Shown: positions 1 through 14,308 of the stretch, piece by piece
Layout of the letters: each line of letters begins with the position of its first letter
How positions within the stretch are numbered: position 1 is the stretch's first letter
NCBI GenBank assembly: GCA_002269645.1
Contig: NIVC01000221.1
Span: 124,001-188,000, forward strand
DNA: 64,000 nt
DNA from: Macrostomum lignano
Taxonomy: Eukaryota
Direction of reading: 5' to 3'
Translations under genes and position numbers: made by a program
The notes under the pieces: generated by a model
Told to the model about the DNA's origin: nothing
The model's database searches: none
What the model saw: the letters and a program-made list of their open reading frames with translations, nothing else

Positions 1-55
1 TATAATCTATCACAACACATTTATTTATCTCATTATCTCAACCATTCCCGCCAAC

Positions 56-460
56 CTGAATAGCCGCCGGCGTGAGCTGCGGACGGCCTTCAGCAGCGTC
101 GCCGATGGCGTAGATGGACTCGCAGGTGGTCCTGTCGGCATCGTTGACAACAATACGACCAGCTTTGCTCAGCGACACCCCGGCGGACTCCAAGCCCAGC
201 TGCGAGAACACCGGAGCGCGCCCGATAGCGAAGAGCACCGTGTCGCACTGGACAACCTGCTGGCTGGGTTTGCCGCCATCGGCTGGCGTCACCGACACCT
301 TGAAGTTGATCCGGCCGCTGCTGGAGTCGCGCTCGAGGGACACCGGCACAGCGGGACGGATGAACTTCACGCCGGAGTGCTCGCTCATGTAGGCGCCAAT
401 CAGATCCGCCATCTCCTGGTCGAATCCGCGCAGAAGGATGCTGCGGACTACGACATGCAC
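56..460 (-). CDS. TGR: Thioredoxin-glutathione reductase, coding exon 3 (gene continues beyond window start)
   Basis: Acceptor CCGCAG|460 and donor CAG|GT at 55-54; 405 nt, phase 0. Encodes VHVVVRSILLRGFDQ...VLFAIGR...IYAIGD...PQLTPAAIQ, the NADPH/FAD region of high-Mr TrxR. The C-terminal GCUG motif lies outside the window. Confidence 0.95.
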
Positions 461-483
461 CTGCGGTGGGGTGGAATGAGGCG

Positions 484-2400
484 GATTGCTCAGGCCTAGT
501 ACCAGATAAAATGGAAGATTTCTCAGGTCTAGTACTAGATGAAATGGTAGATTGTTCAGGTCTAGTGCCAGATAAAATGGAAGATTTCTCAGGTCTAGTA
601 CTAGATGAAATGGTAGATTGTTCAGGTCTAGTGCCAGATAAAATGGCAGATTGCTCAGGTCTAGTACTAGATGAAATGGTAGATTGTTCAGGTCTAGTGC
701 CAGATAAAATGGCAGATTGCTCAGGTCTAGTACTAGATGAAATGGTAGATTGCTCAGGTCTAGTGCCAGATAAAATGGCAGATTGCTCAGGTCTAGTACT
801 AGATGAAATGGTAGATTGCTCAGGTCTAGTGCCAGATAAAATGGCAGATTGCTCAGGTCTAGTACTAGATGAAATGGTAGATTGCTCAGGTCTAGTGCCA
901 GATAAAATGGCAGATTGCTCAGGTCTAGTACTAGATGAAATGGTAGATTGTTCAGGTCTAGTGCCAGATAAAATGGCAGATTGCTCAGGTCTAGTACTAG
1001 ATGAAATGGTAGATTGCTCAGGTCTAGTGCCAGATAAAATGGCAGATTGCTCAGGTCTAGTACTAGATGAAATGGTAGATTGCTCAGGTCTAGTGCCAGA
1101 TAAAATGGCAGATTGCTCAGGTCTAGTACTAGATGAAATGGTAGATTGCTCAGGTCTAGTGCCAGATAAAATGGCAGATTGCTCAGGTCTAGTACTAGAT
1201 GAAATGGTAGATTGTTCAGGTCTAGTGCCAGATAAAATGGTAGATTGCTCAGGTCTAGTGCTAGATGAAATTTCAGATTGTTGAGGCTTAGTGGTAGATG
1301 AATTGGTAGATTGCTTCGGCTTGGCGGTAGATGAAATGGCAGATTGTTCAGGCTTGGTGCCAGATGAAATGGTAGATTGTTCAGGCTTAGTGGTAGATAA
1401 AATGGCAGAATGCTCACGCTTGGTGTTAGATAAAATGGTAGATTGTTCAGGCTTGTTGCTAGATGAAATGGCAGATTGTTCATAGATAAAATGACAGATA
1501 ATATGGCAGAGTGTTCAGGCTTGGTGCTAGATGAAATGGCCAGATTGTTCAGGCTTGGTGCTAGATGAAATGGCAGATTGTTCAGGCTTGGTGCCAGATG
1601 AAATGGCAGATTGTTCAGGCTTGGTGCTAGATGAAATGGCAGATTGTTCAGGCTTGGTGCCAGATGAAATGGCAGATTGTTCATAGATAAAATGACAGAT
1701 AATATGGCAGAGTGTTCAGGCTTGGTGCTAGATGAAATGGCCAGATTGTTCAGGCTTGGTGCTAGATGAAATGGCAGATTGTTCAGGCTTGGTGCCAGAT
1801 GAAATGGCAGATTGTTCATAGATAAAATGACAGATAATATGGCAGAGTGTTCAGGCTTGGTGCTAGATGAAATGGCCAGATTGTTCAGGCTTGGTGGTAG
1901 ATAAAATGGCAGAATGCTCACGCTTGGTGTTAGATAAAATGGTAGATTGTTCAGGCTTGTTGCTAGATGAAATGGCAGATTGTTCATAGATAAAATGACA
2001 GATAATATGGCAGAGTGTTCAGGCTTGGTGCTAGATGAAATGGCCAGATTGTTCAGGCTTGGTGCTAGATGAAATGGCAGATTGTTCAGGCTTGGTGCCA
2101 GATGAAATGGCAGATTGTTCAGGCTTGGTGCTAGATGAAATGGCAGATTGTTCAGGCTTGGTGCTAGATGAAATGGCAGATTGTTCAGGCTTGGTGCTAG
2201 ATGAAATGGCAGATTGTTCAGGCTTGGTGCTAGATGAAATGGCAGATTGTTCAGGCTTGGTGCTAGATGAAATGGCAGATTGTTCAGGCTTGGTGCTAGA
2301 TGAAATGGCAGATTGTTCAGGCTTGGTGCCAGATGAAATGGCAGATTGTTCATAGATAAAATGACAGATAATATGGCAGGGTGTTCAGGCTTGGCGGTAG
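484..2400. repeat. 33-nt minisatellite in TGR intron 2 (TAGATGAAATGGCAGATTGTTCAGGCTTGGTGC), with a 66-nt higher-order sub-array
   Basis: Tandem periodicity is directly visible; it gives the 11-aa repeats in the ORF track. Confidence 0.95.
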
Positions 2401-2770
2401 ACAATGTGACAGACTACGGCTTGAGGCAATATTTTCTCTTACGAATGTTATATTTGAGGTCCAATTCTCCCAAAGGTTAGAATTAAACCCGCATGTTAAC
2501 CCTTTAGAAGTGCAAGGCAGGATGAATGATTGTTTCACTGCTCGCTCCAACTTAAACTGCAGCTCAAGTTAAAAATTAACAAAAGAATTGATTCATTTAA
2601 ACGGAAATAAAACTCGAACATTGTAATTTAATACATGATTTGCTTTCACAATTTTATAAACAGGAAGCATGCCTCAGGGACTCATAAATTTGTTTTAATA
2701 TTCTTCGTTTAACATGCCTAATTGCTTTGCTCTTCTTTTGCAGACGCCTGCCTTGCTATTAATGGTTCAG

Positions 2771-4450
<1,680 letters not shown>

Positions 4451-4477
4451 TCAGTGTCAAGTATATGATAATCAGAG

Positions 4478-5452
4478 TGGGCGATTCTTAATTACTGGGG
4501 CGAATCTCAATGACTAGGGCGATTCTTAATGACTGAGGGCGATTCTTATTGACTGGGGGCGATTCTTAATGACTGAGGGCGATTTCTAATGACTGGGGGC
4601 GATTCTATATGACTGAGGGCGATTTCTAATGACTGGGGCGATTCTAAATGACGGGAGCGATTCTTAATGACTGGCATGGGGCGATTCTTAATGACTGGGG
4701 GCGATTCTTAATGACTGGTGGCGATTCTCAATGAGTGGGGGCGATTCTTAATGACTGGGGGCGATTCTTAATGACTGGGGGCGATTTCTAATGACTGGGG
4801 GCGAATCTCAATGACTGGGGGCGAATCTCAATGACTGGGGGCGAATCTCAATGACTGGGGCGATTCCTAATGACTGGGGGCGATTCTTAATGACTGGGGG
4901 CGAATCTCAATGACTGGGGGCGATTCTTAATGACTGGGGGCGATTCTTAATGACTGGTGGCGATTCTTATTGACTGGTGGCGATTCCCAATGACTGGGGG
5001 CGATTTCTAATGAGTGGGGGCGATTCTTAATGACTGAGAGCGATTTCTAATGACTGGGGGCGATTCTTAATGACTGAGAGCGATTTCTAATGACTGGGGG
5101 CGATTCTTAATGACTGGGGGCGATTCTTAATGATTGGGGCGATTCTAAATGACTGAGGGCGATTTCTAATGACTGAGGGCGATTTCTAATGACTGGGGCG
5201 ATTCTAAATGACTGGGGCGATTCTTAATGACTGGGGCGATTCTTAATGACTGGGGGCGATTCTAAATGACTGAGGGCGATTTCTAATGACTGGGGCGATT
5301 CTAAATGACTGGGGCGATTCTTAATGACTGGGGCGATTCTTAATGACTGGGGGCGATTCTTAATGACTGAGGGCGATTTCTAATGACTGGGGCGATTCTA
5401 AATGACGGGGGCGATTCTAAATGACTGGGGCGATTCTTAATGATTGGGGCTT
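4478..5452. repeat. 19-20-nt minisatellite filling TGR intron 1 (GCGATTCTTAATGACTGGGG)
   Basis: Tandem periodicity is directly visible. Confidence 0.95.
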
Positions 5453-5493
5453 CTGATTGTCTCCTCGCTGGCAGCTCTCAAAGCTCCCTGCTA

Positions 5494-6063
<570 letters not shown>

Positions 6064-6068
6064 CTATG

Positions 6069-6722
6069 CGCTTCCGGACATTTGCCCTCCGGCACTTCTC
6101 CTCCGGCACTTGCCCTCCGGCACTTCCCCTCGGCGGCGTTTGCCCTCCGGACATTTGCCCTCCGGGACATTTCCCCTCCGGACATTCCCCTCGGGGACAT
6201 TTGCCCTCGGGGACATTTGCCCTCCGGACATTTGCCCTCCGGACATTTCCCCTCCGCACATTTGCCCTCTGCAAATTTACCCCCTCGCACATTACTCACC
6301 TCACCTCCTCCTGTACCCACCCGTCGTTCCTCCAGCACCAACCTCATCCTCCCGCCTCTTGCTCCATCAGGTTCTTCTCCAGCCAACAACTCATCCTTTT
6401 CTAGTAAGCAATATATACCCGCGCCCTACCCTATCCCCAGCCTTACCTGTACTGTCAACAGTCTATGGCCGAAAGTCTGACCATTTTACTATATAAGTGA
6501 TTGATCTTGGCTCTTAAAGAATACAAGATTCCTCCGAAAGGCAAACGTCCGGAGGGCAAATGTCCAGAGGGCAAATGTCCCCGAGGGCAAATGTCCTCGA
6601 GGGCAAATGTCCGGAGGGGAAATGCCGGAGGGCAAATGTCCCCGAGGGCAAATGTCCGGAGGGGAAATGCCGGAGGGCAAATGTCCGGAGGGCAAATGCC
6701 GGAGGGCAAATGTCCGGTAGCC
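6069..6722. mobile_element. Non-autonomous Mutator-like (MULE) MITE, 654 bp
   Basis: Long inverted arms built of GGACATTTGCCCTCC subrepeats (6069-6290 and 6530-6722); exact 9-bp TSD GTTGCTATG at 6060-6068 and 6723-6731. Confidence 0.9.
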
Positions 6723-9700
6723 GTTGCTATGAAATGTAAGAAATATTTTCTCTTACTGTATGCTAAATAAGTTATACAAATTATCATGTTTAATAAAATC
6801 TTTAACATGACATTAACAATACTATTGTATCATATAGCATAGGAATTTTTATACCTTGCCTGGGCTATAACTCTAATTGCAACAATTAACATTTATTAAG
6901 CCTAACCACATGGCTTAAACAGAGACTTCAGTAAGGCTCCTATGACTTGCCAATATGCCATCACATAGCATAGGGCAAATTTTCTAGAAAGAAAAACATT
7001 GCGTCAAAAAAACTTTTTTCATTATTTAGGTAATTCTTAGCATTTTGGAAGTCAAAAATGCTTACTAAAAATTAATGCATTTGAACAACTTTGTTGCTCT
7101 AGGCAATATGTAATTATATGTTTAAAAGAAATTGCTATTGTTTTTGGCTATTGTTTAATTCTGCAACATACTAAACAATCTAAAATTGTATAATGTACTA
7201 CATATATATTCAATTGCTGCTTTTAAATTTAACATATATGTCATTAACACATTGAGGCACAATAACTTAGTACTTATAAGTTATATATGGCATGCAATTG
7301 TCTATGGTAACCTATGAATTATGATCATAAAAGTCATCTAATGCAGATAGCTTGCTTATACTTATTTAAATTCCATGCTATTTCAATGATCAAGACTGTC
7401 ATTTATACCCAGTGGCAAAATTTAGCTTTTAAAGTAACAAAATATAAGCTTTTTAGTAAGGTGCATATAAACCAATGGGTTAGGCCAACAAATAGACATG
7501 ACTAATATTATTAGACTAGATAGTTGCTATAGAACAATATCATTGCTATGTTCTAATGCCTTAACGTTTGTTAGAAGCTTTTTGGATTCTTTGGATTCTA
7601 ATGCTCAAATGCTAGAAGCCAAAAAATCATTTAAACAATGAAAAAATAATTTACCAAAATATTCTATAGAATAGTTCCCTATTGTTGTATTGATAGGTCT
7701 TACTATACAATTTATATATAATTGACTAAATAATTATTCCTTGCCTTGGTCCCAACTGACCTATCACATAGCCAGTTTGCCTGCTACTATAGCTTTGTTG
7801 ATCAATTGGTTCTAGTCTCACCTTAGTCCCTGGTCTATTTGTAATTTGGTGCATATAGTGTGGATTATAGAATACAATCTTAGGATCCTAGAATTATAAG
7901 ACAAGGCCTAAATCCTAGGATTATAAATCTTATTATCACAATTGTCGTGGATTTGAAAAATCCCAGAATGGACCATTGGGATCCCAATCCTAATTTGTAA
8001 TAATTTAATCATTTTTCTCAGTAGGCCTAGTAGTATCTATAGCTGAGATACTCATCAAATGAAAATAATGATAGGGTTGTCCTATTTTGATTTTGTAATA
8101 TTTTAAGTATGTAGAAGGCTATAGGGTTGCAATGATATAAAACAGAAGCTGTTAGCAGATAATAAAAGATTTATACAGAACTACTTTAAGCAGTCCCTAC
8201 CTACAAAACTCATTGGCTGTATTTGGGATTAGAACATTTGGACCTTGCTATTAGACTGTAACCAAAGCTACCAATTCTCTATCTAAGGGTAGGTGCCCTT
8301 TGAGAGGTTGATGTCTAATCCTTTTCTACCTTAGTATCATCAGTACCTCAGGCCATAAGCTCTGTAAGCTATCATTCCCTAGGTTATATCATAATCAAGT
8401 ATAATTTTCATGAGCTGATACAAATATATAAAAAACATATCTATTATGCTACTAGCCTATATATCACACTTCCATTCAAAGCCAATTGTCAGTTTTTTAT
8501 TAGGCCTAGCAAAATATTTTATTCTATTCTAATTGTATTATTAAAAACCCATTTAAAATTAGGTTAGATAGCTTTTTAAACCAAAGTTAAACTAACAAAA
8601 ACTAGATAATCTTTTCAATTTCAAGCTTGAAATTGAAATTGAAATTGAAGTCTAACTAAGATCTCAATTTCAAGCTTGAAATTTTTAGACTTTAGGCTTA
8701 GAATTCAAGAATCAGTTGAGCAAGATTGAATTCAATTCAAAAAGTATAAAAATATTATGAAGATGCAACACTGTATTGATAATATCCTTAGCCTAATCAA
8801 CTAACAGAGCCAACAAGCCAATTTACACAAACAGTAGCATAGCCTACAGGTCCTTGGCAATATAGCTTTGAGCTCTAGGCAAGAGGCTTTGGCTTTGAAC
8901 ATGCCTAAATTAAATGTAACTATAAAATTGTTGCTGCTAGCCACTAGCATATTTTAGGCCTATGCATAAGAAACTAGACCTTTACCCTGCTAGCACTAAG
9001 AATCAGGTTCCAATAGTCTAAGTATAGGCCTAGCCTAAGCAGGTTGAGCTAGGATAATAGCTTGGCTAGATAGGCCTAGCCAACAGCTAGCTTAATACTA
9101 TTGGACTTTTTTGGCTAGATTTTTAAAGTATTTTTCTGACAATATGGCTATTAGATATAGTTAACAATATTGAGACTCTGCCAGCACTTGGCCTTAGTGC
9201 CCTGCTAGGCCTAGTTTAAGGCCAATGCTTCTTATAGGACTTGAGCTACTAAGAACCAGAGGCTACTACTACTAGGGCTAGAGCAACAGAGATTGTGACT
9301 GCTGAATATAATTAAAATATAATATAACTTATAAGATGACAAAGGATTTATAAATAATATAAAGTTTATTATAGGCTAAATTTATATAACTTATCATAAG
9401 TACTACTACTAAAATACTAACTAGGCCTTGCCTATTTATTAGTCTTACAATGCTATTCAAATTCACAATTTGCAGGCTTTGCAGCTAGATCTCTAATTTT
9501 TAATTGACTTATTCTCAATATTTATTTTTTCATACAGTTCTTACTCAATCTTAATTGAAAAAAAATCTGATCTTGGTTGGACTCTATTTTCAATCTTGGA
9601 ATCCTAGCCCGATTTAGTGGGATCTTAGGATTGGCAATTGGCAGTCTAGGCTAGGGCCTAGGATATCTTGATACTAAGAATCTTGTAATTTTCAAAGTCT

Positions 9701-10845
9701 AGGAATTAGGTTAGGCAAAACTCAGGATTTTATATTCCTTGGTGTAGATATGATTTGAGCTTCTTTATGCACTTTGGCATTTGGTATGTAGAACTACATG
9801 CACATGCTACATGCACATTGGTGTCTACTCCAAAGTCTAGGCCTATTCAGGTCTTAGGAATATGAAGCAATAAGCTAACTGGCAAAGGTTAGGCGACTTT
9901 AGGCTTAGTAGCGGCGTAGCCTAGGTTGCAAATTAGTAACATTGTATAAATAATATAATATGGTAGCTAAAACGGTCACCGATCCCTTCGGCGACAGGTC
10001 ACTTCGGCGACAGTCACTTCGGCGACAAGTCATTTCGGCGACAGTCATTTCGGCGACACATTTGGATTACTTCGGCGACAGACATATATTGAATAAGCAG
10101 TGATAGGGCCCTACCCTGGTAGCGCTTAAAATAAAAAAGCAATTGCAGTTAAAAACGAATGCAAGAATAACAAATTTATAGCACCAAGTTTTTTTACGCA
10201 TTATAATAGAAAGCATTGCAATTATCCCCTTCTCCCTCTATATATATATCTCTCTCACTCGCTCTCTCTCTCTCTTTCTCTCCCCCGCTCCCCTTAAAAC
10301 ATTGTGTATGAATACTTACCGGTTTTTTTAAAATAAAATTTTGTTATTTGTTTTGTTTTACTGAGGACGTTAAAATGACGCTTAAACTCATTTTAAGTCA
10401 TTTTAACTTATTTTAAGCCACTCAAACGCACCCCATAGCACAGTGCTAATCCTAGTAATAATATATCGCTTACGTGTATATATAATATCGCTGTACTGTA
10501 CTCGTATATTCAATAATGCGCCTCCATGTGTGCATAGTCGTTTTTAATAGCACATCTCTCATCGGATTCATACATTCATTTTAAAATGCAATGCATAGTT
10601 CAGCCTACCCACACGTTATCACCTCGCTCTATCTCTTTCACACCTCGAGCACGCTGTGCTCACACACACATACTGGGTATGTACTGGCCTGTGTTTATTA
10701 GGGCCTAGTGGTCATATTCGCGCGATCTCCCACTGCTTGGGATTACACCCAGAATTTATAAATACGACAATACATTAGTTATATATTGTAATGCAGGTTA
10801 ACTTGCAAATGCATTTAATAATTATTTGCCTCCCTTTCCTTCCAG

Positions 10846-11200
10846 TCCGTCACGCTTCGTCCTGGACTACGAGGCGGCCATGTGGCGCGCCTTGCGCCAG
10901 GTCTTCCCTAATGGCCGAATCCAGGGATGCGTGTTCCACTACACGCAGGCGGTGTGGCGTCACGTACAGACTGTCGGACTGCAAGTTGCGTACGCCACTG
11001 ACGATGGCACCCAACGCCTTTGCAGAAAGTTGATGGCACTGCCATTTTTGCCGAGTGCCGAGATTTCCAGGGCATTCTTCGAGCTTCGAGGAACGCTGGC
11101 GGCAAACGCTCCTCCACAGCTCATCACTCTGTTTGACTATGTCCAGGTAAATTACACGTATTTTCATATGGTAGTTTGAAGAGTGCTTGCACTTTCTCGA

Positions 11201-11258
<58 letters not shown>

Positions 11259-11273
11259 GTCTGTCTGCACTGT

Positions 11274-11350
<77 letters not shown>

Positions 11351-11734
11351 CCTCACATACGCGCTTATGGAAACATTTTCTAATTTTTTCAGAGCACGTG
11401 GATACAGAGCACAATGTATTCGCCACGAGAGATCTCTGTCTACAAAAAAGCCACTCGAACTAACAACGACGTTGAGGGCTTTCACAACCGCTTGAACAGT
11501 CGGGCTCAACGCGGTCAGCTCCAGTTCTACCTCCTGGTCAAGCTGCTGCACGACGAGGGCCGCATGGTCTCTATCGACTCGCGGTTGGTGTCTCAAGGTG
11601 CTCTGAGGCGGTTGCAGCGACGGAAGTACCGCCAGCGACAATCCAAATACTTTAAACTTTGGTCGGAATATCAAGCTGGAGACCGATCGATTCAGTCACT
11701 TCTGGAGGCTTGCAGCAAGCTGAATGGACCGTAA
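10846..11734 (+). pseudogene. C-terminal half of a MULE transposase (exons 10846-11146 and 11393-11734)
   Basis: VLDYEAAM (catalytic D2), [12 protein letters not shown] (CxxH), then after a phase-0 GT-AG intron RTNNDVEGFHNRLN (catalytic E). No upstream exon with the first Asp or an ATG was found. Confidence 0.85.
11202..11348. repeat. (TCTG)n and (TC)n microsatellites in the transposase intron
   Basis: Directly visible. Confidence 0.95.
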
Positions 11735-13231
11735 GCTGTCTATGGTGCATCTGAATATAATGCTTAACTTCTGTAACGCTAAGACTTCTTTGCGTGCTAC
11801 ATGTAATATCTTTGCTTTTAATGCATGTTTATTTCTCTTCCTCTTTCTTTATATCTGCAATGGAGTGACACAGTGTATGTGCCTGTACATTTACTTGCTT
11901 GTGTATGCCAAATAAAAATTTATCACAATACTTCCAGTACTATATAAAGCAAGTCAATTCATTTGGTATTTTATCTTAATAGGCGAATATCAATCAAGAA
12001 AAACGTGATATCAATGGGCCTTTTCATTCATATTGCTTGTTCTGGTTCCAGAACCAGAACCAATTTGTGAAGTATAACTTTTTGTCTCCATAACTATAGA
12101 GGGAGATACGTGCTATAAATTAAGTATTTATTATTGAATGACAATCGCCAAAAAGAAAGTGAAAAATTGTGCTACATGTAAGTGAGGTTGTTAAGGCAGT
12201 CAAACATTCAACAGAGTTAAATAGTTATACTACCATTTTTCTTGGAAGATCCGAACCGATTTGTGATTCTGGAATTGGTAATATGAAAAGCCTTAATCTA
12301 ATTCAATTATCATAACGAAATGCTGAAGATTTGTGTTGCTTTTTTAATAAATCCGGATAAATCACACTTTAATCGTGAAGTTTCATTGGCAAAAATACAT
12401 GTATTATAAATACGTTCTAAACAGAAAACTTACAGCTGTTATTAATTGTCGCCGAAGTGATCCAAATGTGTCGCCGAAATGACTGTCGCCGAAGTGACTT
12501 GTCGCCGAAGTGACTGTCGCCGAAGTGACTTGTCGCCGAAGTGATTGTAATTCGCTAAAACAATCAACACATGCACATCTATCACAGTATCAGTTTGTTT
12601 ATCTAGTAAAATAAACAAACTGTAGAAGTAATGTATTTAAAATCTGGCATTGTGTGAACTTAGGTTGGTAGGTAGATTGATATTATCTCTATTATGTATT
12701 TAGTATATTAAGGCCCTACCTTATATTTGCAGTATTGTCAATGTCAAGATTAGGCCTAGCTGGTCTGTTTTTATATTCACGGTACATCGACTTTCACAAA
12801 CGCAGCCAGAATTTATGGGCCTTTTAATGCAGGTAGATTAAAAAGCCAGCACGGCGACGCAATTATTAATTTTAGTGCTCCTTGCCTGTTAAAACTGCGA
12901 TGGGGATGGAGGCGAGGCTGCTGGCGCTTTCAAAGAATTTTCGCACAGGCTCCAGTTATATATACGTAACTTTAGAGCTTTTGGGGCATGATTTTAAATT
13001 TGATGCTTTATTTATATTAACATTTATATTATAATTCGTGTTATATGAAAATATTTTTTGCATAATAAACTTAATATCTATAAAAGTACTTGGAAACATT
13101 TTTTATCGTTATTGTGTTGATTTTTTTAAGTTTTACTGTTTGTTATAAAAATGAATACAAGGCAACACCGGTTTAATTATAATTTTTAAAATGATTCTCC
13201 TATACTAGACAATTGTGACGAATAAGGCGAA

Positions 13232-14218
13232 TGTAGTGAGCCGCTAGTTTATGGTTAGGCGTCGCACTTGTCAGCTGTTCCCTCGCCTCCGCCCTGGGTT
13301 GCTGTCTGCCGCTGGTCAGCTTCCCGCCCCTCCCTTTCGTTTGTCTGCTGCTGCCCGTGGCCTGTTCTGGCCTTCTGCGTCTCCGTTCTCAGCACACAGC
13401 CTCTCGGCTGTGGGCTGTCTCTGTTTCGCTCCCGTCCCGTTTTCCCTGTCTTGTGAGCAAGTCACATGACAGTTCTTGCGTTCTTTGAGTCTTAAAGTGC
13501 AGTAAACATTAATTGGCCCTGTTTACCGGGTGAGTCACGTGCTTTCGGACCCCTCCCTTCTCTAAGGAGAGGAGTGACTCATGTTGCTAAAAATAGCAAC
13601 TGAGTCACAGCCGCGTGTACTCTGGCCGGGGACCTCAAGTGACGTCAGTTCTAAAAATAGAACAAGTCACGAGGTCTTCCGCACGCTTGTACCCTGCCCA
13701 AGACTCTCGAGTGACGTCAGTTCTAAAAATAGAACAAGTCACGAGGTCTTCTGCGTGGGTGTTTCCCGGCTATAAATAGGAGCTCTCTCCCCCTTGTTTC
13801 CGTCAAGGAGTCTTCTTTCTGTTCAACCTCGAGTTCTACGTCTGCGTGTGACCAAATCCCCGAGTGTCCGAGCCTTTGCGAGTATTGACTCTATTCCTAC
13901 TGCTCCGACTGAAACCCGACCAAGTCAACCCAAGTCTACGAGAGGCTAACTCAGCCCTCCCTCTACCATCCTAGCCCGGCAGGTACTGCTGACGAGACGC
14001 CTTATACGTTGAGCTGCAAATCTGCACGTCGTGCTGTGTTCGTTGACTTCATTATTTCGTTCCGACGGGAAGCTCACCTCACCGAAGGCCGAGACCTGAA
14101 GGAAATGGTGGCAGCACTATCTACGCTACTGAGATTTGAGAGAACTTCCCTCTGAAGAGGCTCGAGACTTAAGGTAATCTTAAGTGCCTAAACCGGGAAG
14201 AAACCCCATTGTACTTCA
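13232..14218 (+). repeat. 5' LTR (987 bp)
   Basis: TGTAGTGAG...GTACTTCA; near-identical to 22409-23406. Confidence 0.97.
13531..13778 (+). promoter_or_regulatory. LTR U3 enhancer/promoter: AP-1 x3, MEF2 x3, CRE x2, E-box, TATA
   Basis: TGAGTCA/TGACTCA at 13531, 13575 and 13601; CACGTG at 13536; CTAAAAATAG at 13587, 13651 and 13723; TGACGTCA at 13640 and 13712; TATAAATA at 13771. These are motif matches only; activity is untested. Confidence 0.65.
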
Positions 14219-14219
14219 C

Positions 14220-14237
14220 TGGTGGCAGCGGTGGGAT
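14220..14237 (+). other. Primer-binding site complementary to the tRNA-Leu 3' end
   Basis: TGGTGGCAGCGGTGGGAT is the reverse complement of ATCCCACCGCTGCCACCA, the 3' end of metazoan tRNA-Leu(AAG/TAG); it starts after a 1-nt spacer following the LTR. Confidence 0.9.
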
Positions 14238-14308
14238 CCGACTACGACACACCCAAGACAACCGCTTTTTCGAGAACGACTTCGGCCAGCGACTACGGCG
14301 AGTTCAAT

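Larger units (their letters stand above)
9974..12553 (+). mobile_element. Internally deleted MULE DNA transposon, 2.58 kb
   Basis: Inverted terminal arrays of (GTCA)CTTCGGCGACA subrepeats (9974-10080 and 12447-12553); direct repeat GCTAAAAC at 9966-9973 and 12554-12561; internal MULE transposase exons. Confidence 0.9.

Noticed and set aside
38-2404. 788-aa leucine-rich repeat-like ORF fused to TGR
   Set aside because: This is read-through of a 33-nt intronic minisatellite (unit divisible by 3). The true exon starts at the CCGCAG acceptor at 460.
12720-12787. Possible upstream TGR exon (MYREYKNRPARPNLDIDNTANI, phase-2 donor AG|GTAGG compatible with the 5968 acceptor)
   Set aside because: The phase match could be chance, and the peptide is acidic and unlike a mitochondrial presequence. 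It cannot be supported without cDNA.
14222-14308. Gag start at GTG 14222
   Set aside because: The codon lies within the PBS. The first ATG at 14309 is the more plausible start.
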